Assembly (NCBI GenBank): GCA_963793845.1 | Contig: CAWCBG010000002.1 | Span: 743,562-807,561, forward strand | Reading direction: 5' to 3' | Source: an uncultured Acidobacteriaceae bacterium | Lineage (GTDB): Bacteria; Acidobacteriota; Terriglobia; Terriglobales; Acidobacteriaceae | Length of the DNA: 64,000 nt | Shown here: positions 59,303-64,000 of the stretch, piece by piece | Layout of the letters: each line of letters begins with the position of its first letter | Numbering within the stretch: position 1 is the stretch's first letter | Program-made: the position numbers and the translations under genes | Notes under the pieces: generated by a model | Told to the model about the DNA's origin: nothing | The model's input: the letters and a program-made list of their open reading frames with translations, nothing else | Databases searched by the model: none

Positions 59303-59827
59303 ATGCTGGCTTATCTTTTCGTGCTTCTCGCGGTCGCGATACACGCGCGCTTCATCCCGATGGCGTTCCACTTCACGCCGGTTGCAGCCGCGCTGCTTTA
59401 CTTCGGCGCACGCATGCCGCGCAAGCAGATGTGGGTTCCGGTCGCCCTGCTGATTGCCTCGGATGTCTATTTGACGCGAGTCCACTACGCCTATCCTCTG
59501 ACCGCAGATCACCTGGTCACGTGGGCGTGGTATGCCGCGATCCTGTTGTTAGGTGGCCTGCTGGCAAACACTTGGTCTGCTGTGCGTATTGGCGGGGCCT
59601 CGTTGATTGCATCCTTCTCATTTTTCTTGGTTAGCAACACGATGGTCTGGGTGGTGTGGCGCGATATGTATCCTGCGACCTTCAACGGCCTGACGATGGC
59701 GCTGGTGGCTGGCATACCTTTCTTCCGGAACACGCTGGTCTCGGACCTGTGCTTCTCCGCCGTGTTCTTCGGCGTGGGGTACCTCGCGAGCCGGCAGCGG
59801 GCAACCCGCGCACAGATCGCTCGATAG
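59303..59827 (+). CDS. DUF6580-like polytopic membrane protein (putative transporter component)
   Basis: Six hydrophobic segments with FFLVSNTMVWV..YP.T..GL..ALVAGIPFFRNTLVSDL. ATG 59303 follows AAGAGG. Confidence 0.55.
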   Translation: MLAYLFVLLAVAIHARFIPMAFHFTPVAAALLYFGARMPRKQMWVPVALLIASDVYLTRVHYAYPLTADHLVTWAWYAAILLLGGLLANTWSAVRIGGASLIASFSFFLVSNTMVWVVWRDMYPATFNGLTMALVAGIPFFRNTLVSDLCFSAVFFGVGYLASRQRATRAQIAR

Positions 59828-59871
59828 CAGATCCGAGTCTCTTAACCAATTTCAAGACACCTAAACTAACC

Positions 59872-59899
59872 AAAAGCTCTCCCCGGCGGAGAGCTTTTT
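59872..59899 (+). terminator. rho-independent terminator (A-tract / 8-bp stem / T-tract)
   Basis: aaaAGCTCTCCccggcGGAGAGCTtttt. Confidence 0.7.
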
Positions 59900-60053
59900 G
59901 CTGCCACCCGGACGGGATAACTATCATCCTAGTAGCTGTCAGTCTCCCTGTTGCGCCGGGGAGAAACCGCGGAAGCAGCGGAGCTGCATCGTCTCAACTC
60001 AGCGCTCGCCTCCTGCCGCAGCCTCAATTGCGGCGTCGAAAGGAGTACCACCG

Positions 60054-60425
60054 ATGTCGTCGTTCAAAAAGATTTCGCTCGTTTTGGCTCCTCTTCTGTT
60101 CCTGAGCCTGTTTCCGATCCTGCTGATGGCCCAATCAAACGCAGGTAAGGAGTCCATGTCAATCACCGGCTGCCTGAAGCAAGGCAGCGATACCGGTGGA
60201 TACTACATCATGTCGGAAGGCAAGATGTACGAGGTTATGGCTCACGGCGTGAATCTGGCGGAGCATGTTGGCCACACGGTCACCGTAACCGGCCACGAAG
60301 TGAAGCTGCCGGAGGCGCAGGAGACCAAGAAGGAAGCCAGCGAGAAGTCGGAAGCCGGCAGCACTCCTTACGCGGACTTTCGGGCTTCCAGCGTGAAAAT
60401 GGTTAGCACCAACTGTTCGCAGTAA
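60054..60425 (+). CDS. small secreted hypothetical protein
   Basis: AAGGAG then ATG 60054. Signal peptide MSSFKKISLVLAPLLFLSLFPILLMAQS. Two Cys residues (ITGC..TNCSQ). Confidence 0.55.
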   Translation: MSSFKKISLVLAPLLFLSLFPILLMAQSNAGKESMSITGCLKQGSDTGGYYIMSEGKMYEVMAHGVNLAEHVGHTVTVTGHEVKLPEAQETKKEASEKSEAGSTPYADFRASSVKMVSTNCSQ

Positions 60426-60474
60426 TCGTCAAGCCCGAAAGTAATCTCGGTTCGTGCCGCGCCTTGTGATTATC

Positions 60475-60505
60475 CGCTGAGGGAAGGTACTGCCTCCCCT
60501 CAGCG
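60475..60505. terminator. bidirectional terminator hairpin between convergent genes
   Basis: cgctgagggaagg-tactg-cctcccctcagcg, a 13-bp stem with one mismatch. Confidence 0.6.
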
Positions 60506-60511
60506 ATGTCT

Positions 60512-61150
60512 TTATTGCCGTATGTCCGCCACTTCTTCTCGGTTCTTTGCCGACTTCAGTTTGCGAGTTCTCCAAATCCACCATCCTGCCAAAACAGCCA
60601 CTGCGATAGCGGCTAGCAGGTAGCGCAAATGGTTGTGCACGACGCCGGTAAGAAATCCCAGGATCTCCAGTCCGTAGCGGATCACGATGATAGAAACCAA
60701 GGCGAAGCGCAGGAAGCGCCCGGCGAAGATCGCTCCCAGGAACCTGGTGAAGCTCATCTCGGCAACGCCGGCGGACAGGACGAACAGCTTGAACGGCGTC
60801 GGCGGCGGCAGCATCGACGGCACCATGATCGCCAGAATCCCATGCTTCTCGAATGAGGCCCGAATCCGGTTGAAGCGCTTCTCACCGACGCGCTTGGCGA
60901 TCAGAACTTCGCCGCCTTTGTAGCCGATCAGGTAAATCGGAATGCTGCCCAGCGCCGAGCCGATCGCGGCCATAAACGAGTACAGCAGCAGCCGCTGAGG
61001 ATTGGCATAGGAATAGCCCGCGACGATGGCGTCCAACGGCATGCCGAGGAACGAGGCATCGACCGCGGCAAAGCCCAGCACGCCCCAAATTCCCAGAGGC
61101 TTCAGCACCGCCAGAATCGTCAGGGTCCACTTGTTCAGCAGGTGTTTCAC
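60512..61150 (-). CDS. DedA/YqaA-family (VTT domain) membrane protein
   Basis: Polytopic, with IGSALGSIPIYLIGYKGG and ILAIMVPSMLPPPTPFKLFVLSAGV. Confidence 0.65.
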   Translation of the reverse strand: MKHLLNKWTLTILAVLKPLGIWGVLGFAAVDASFLGMPLDAIVAGYSYANPQRLLLYSFMAAIGSALGSIPIYLIGYKGGEVLIAKRVGEKRFNRIRASFEKHGILAIMVPSMLPPPTPFKLFVLSAGVAEMSFTRFLGAIFAGRFLRFALVSIIVIRYGLEILGFLTGVVHNHLRYLLAAIAVAVLAGWWIWRTRKLKSAKNREEVADIRQ

Positions 61151-61216
61151 AGGATAGTTGTCAGTTGCCGGGTATCAGTTGTCAGAGGCACTGCCACGAT
61201 TCTACGCGAAGGCGGG

Positions 61217-63428
<2,212 letters not shown>

Positions 63429-63509
63429 CGGCCAGCAATTAGCGACTAGCAACTAGCAAACCCATCCCAATCCGTCAACGTCTCCGACCAAACCTCGTTC
63501 CCTTACCCG

Positions 63510-63700
63510 CTATCATCCCGACCCTTCGGCCGTGTCATCCCGACCGAGGATGCGCCGACCGACGCGCATCCGAGCGGAGGAACCTGCAGTTCCTACATCA
63601 GGCACTCCCACTCTCGGTTGTCATCCCGACCCGAGGTCGTTCGCCGCAGGCGGAGGATCCGACAAGAGGGATCTGTGGTTTCCCTCCGACGCCTCGGCTC
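63510..63700 (+). repeat. cluster of three family A repeat heads ((A/G)TCATCCCGACC) with internal hairpins
   Basis: Heads at 63512, 63534 and 63619. Hairpins gatgcgccgaccgacgcgcatc and ggtcgttcgccgcaggcggaggatccgac..gggatctg. Confidence 0.6.
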
Positions 63701-63771
63701 TAAGAACCCTCCTCTGATGACCAGCCAGGGACACCCTTCTGGCAACTGACCACCGACAACTGACAACTTTT

Positions 63772-63860
63772 CGGGTACCCCCCTCCCCCCTCCCCTGCCA
63801 TTCTCCAAAAGCACGACCTTAGCGAAAAATGCTGCCAAAATATTTAAAACAAATGAGTTA
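63772..63860 (+). repeat. second copy of repeat family D (C-rich box + one AAAATATTTA..GAGTTA unit)
   Basis: gggtacccccctcccccctcccc at 63772 and aaaatatttaaaacaaatgagtta at 63837-63860, in the same order and orientation as at 43881. Confidence 0.55.
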
Positions 63861-64000
63861 CTTCCCAGCGCTCTTCTCGAATTCCCTGTATGGAATGTAT
63901 GTAAAGTATGACTCATACAAGTATGACTCGAAGGGGAAATCGCGGCCGGTCGGGGCCGCGTCCGGGCCGTTCTCCGTGGCCCAGGCGGGCGTGACTTGCG

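Noticed and set aside
63896-64000. An open reading frame running off the right edge (MYVKYDSYKYDSKGKSRPVGAASGPF..).
   Set aside because: Only about 35 codons are visible, there is no motif, and it begins inside repeat-rich DNA. There is not enough to call a gene.

Overview
This is a 64-kb chromosomal segment from a high-GC bacterium (about 60-65% G+C by hand counts of sample lines). The gene content and the dense, distinctive intergenic hairpin repeats suggest Acidobacteriota; that is inference only, since no search was possible.

Most of the window is housekeeping:
- an acyl-CoA carboxyltransferase (partial at the window edge), typA/bipA, dnaG-rpoD, tdh-kbl and pyrR-pyrB-pyrC
- miaA, selB, trmFO, der and a DinG-family helicase
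- queD-queE-queC, moeA-moaC-mog and ligA
- an ECF sigma/anti-sigma pair, three TonB-C-domain proteins, peptidases (M49-like, M20), PPIases and two MacB/FtsX-type permeases

Accessory content:
1. A low-GC two-gene cassette sits directly after the rpoD terminator. It pairs TcmP with a three-Cys Gp37/Gp68 (DUF5131) protein, a pairing with no assigned function as far as I know. This is my best candidate for an uncharacterised nucleic-acid-modification or defence-type module. Its first gene is disrupted as given.
2. A repeat-laden, AT-richer islet (43.7-46.3 kb) carries an orphan 450-aa protein.
3. A small protein built from two tandem C..C..H..H modules is translationally coupled to a DUF2085 membrane protein.
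4. There are two toxin-antitoxin pairs (BrnT/BrnA, and PIN plus antitoxin) and an orphan RHH gene.
5. At least four dispersed repeat families are present. One shows a compensatory base-pair change between copies.

Five otherwise normal genes (rpoD, dnaG, selB, a GH3 hydrolase, one permease) each carry what looks like a single inserted base. Because essential genes are affected, I read these as consensus errors rather than biology. I report them as frameshifted.

No rRNA, tRNA, CRISPR array, integrase or transposase was recognised. All product calls come from motif recognition by eye. Start codons are best guesses, and the ORF track writes GTG/TTG starts as M.
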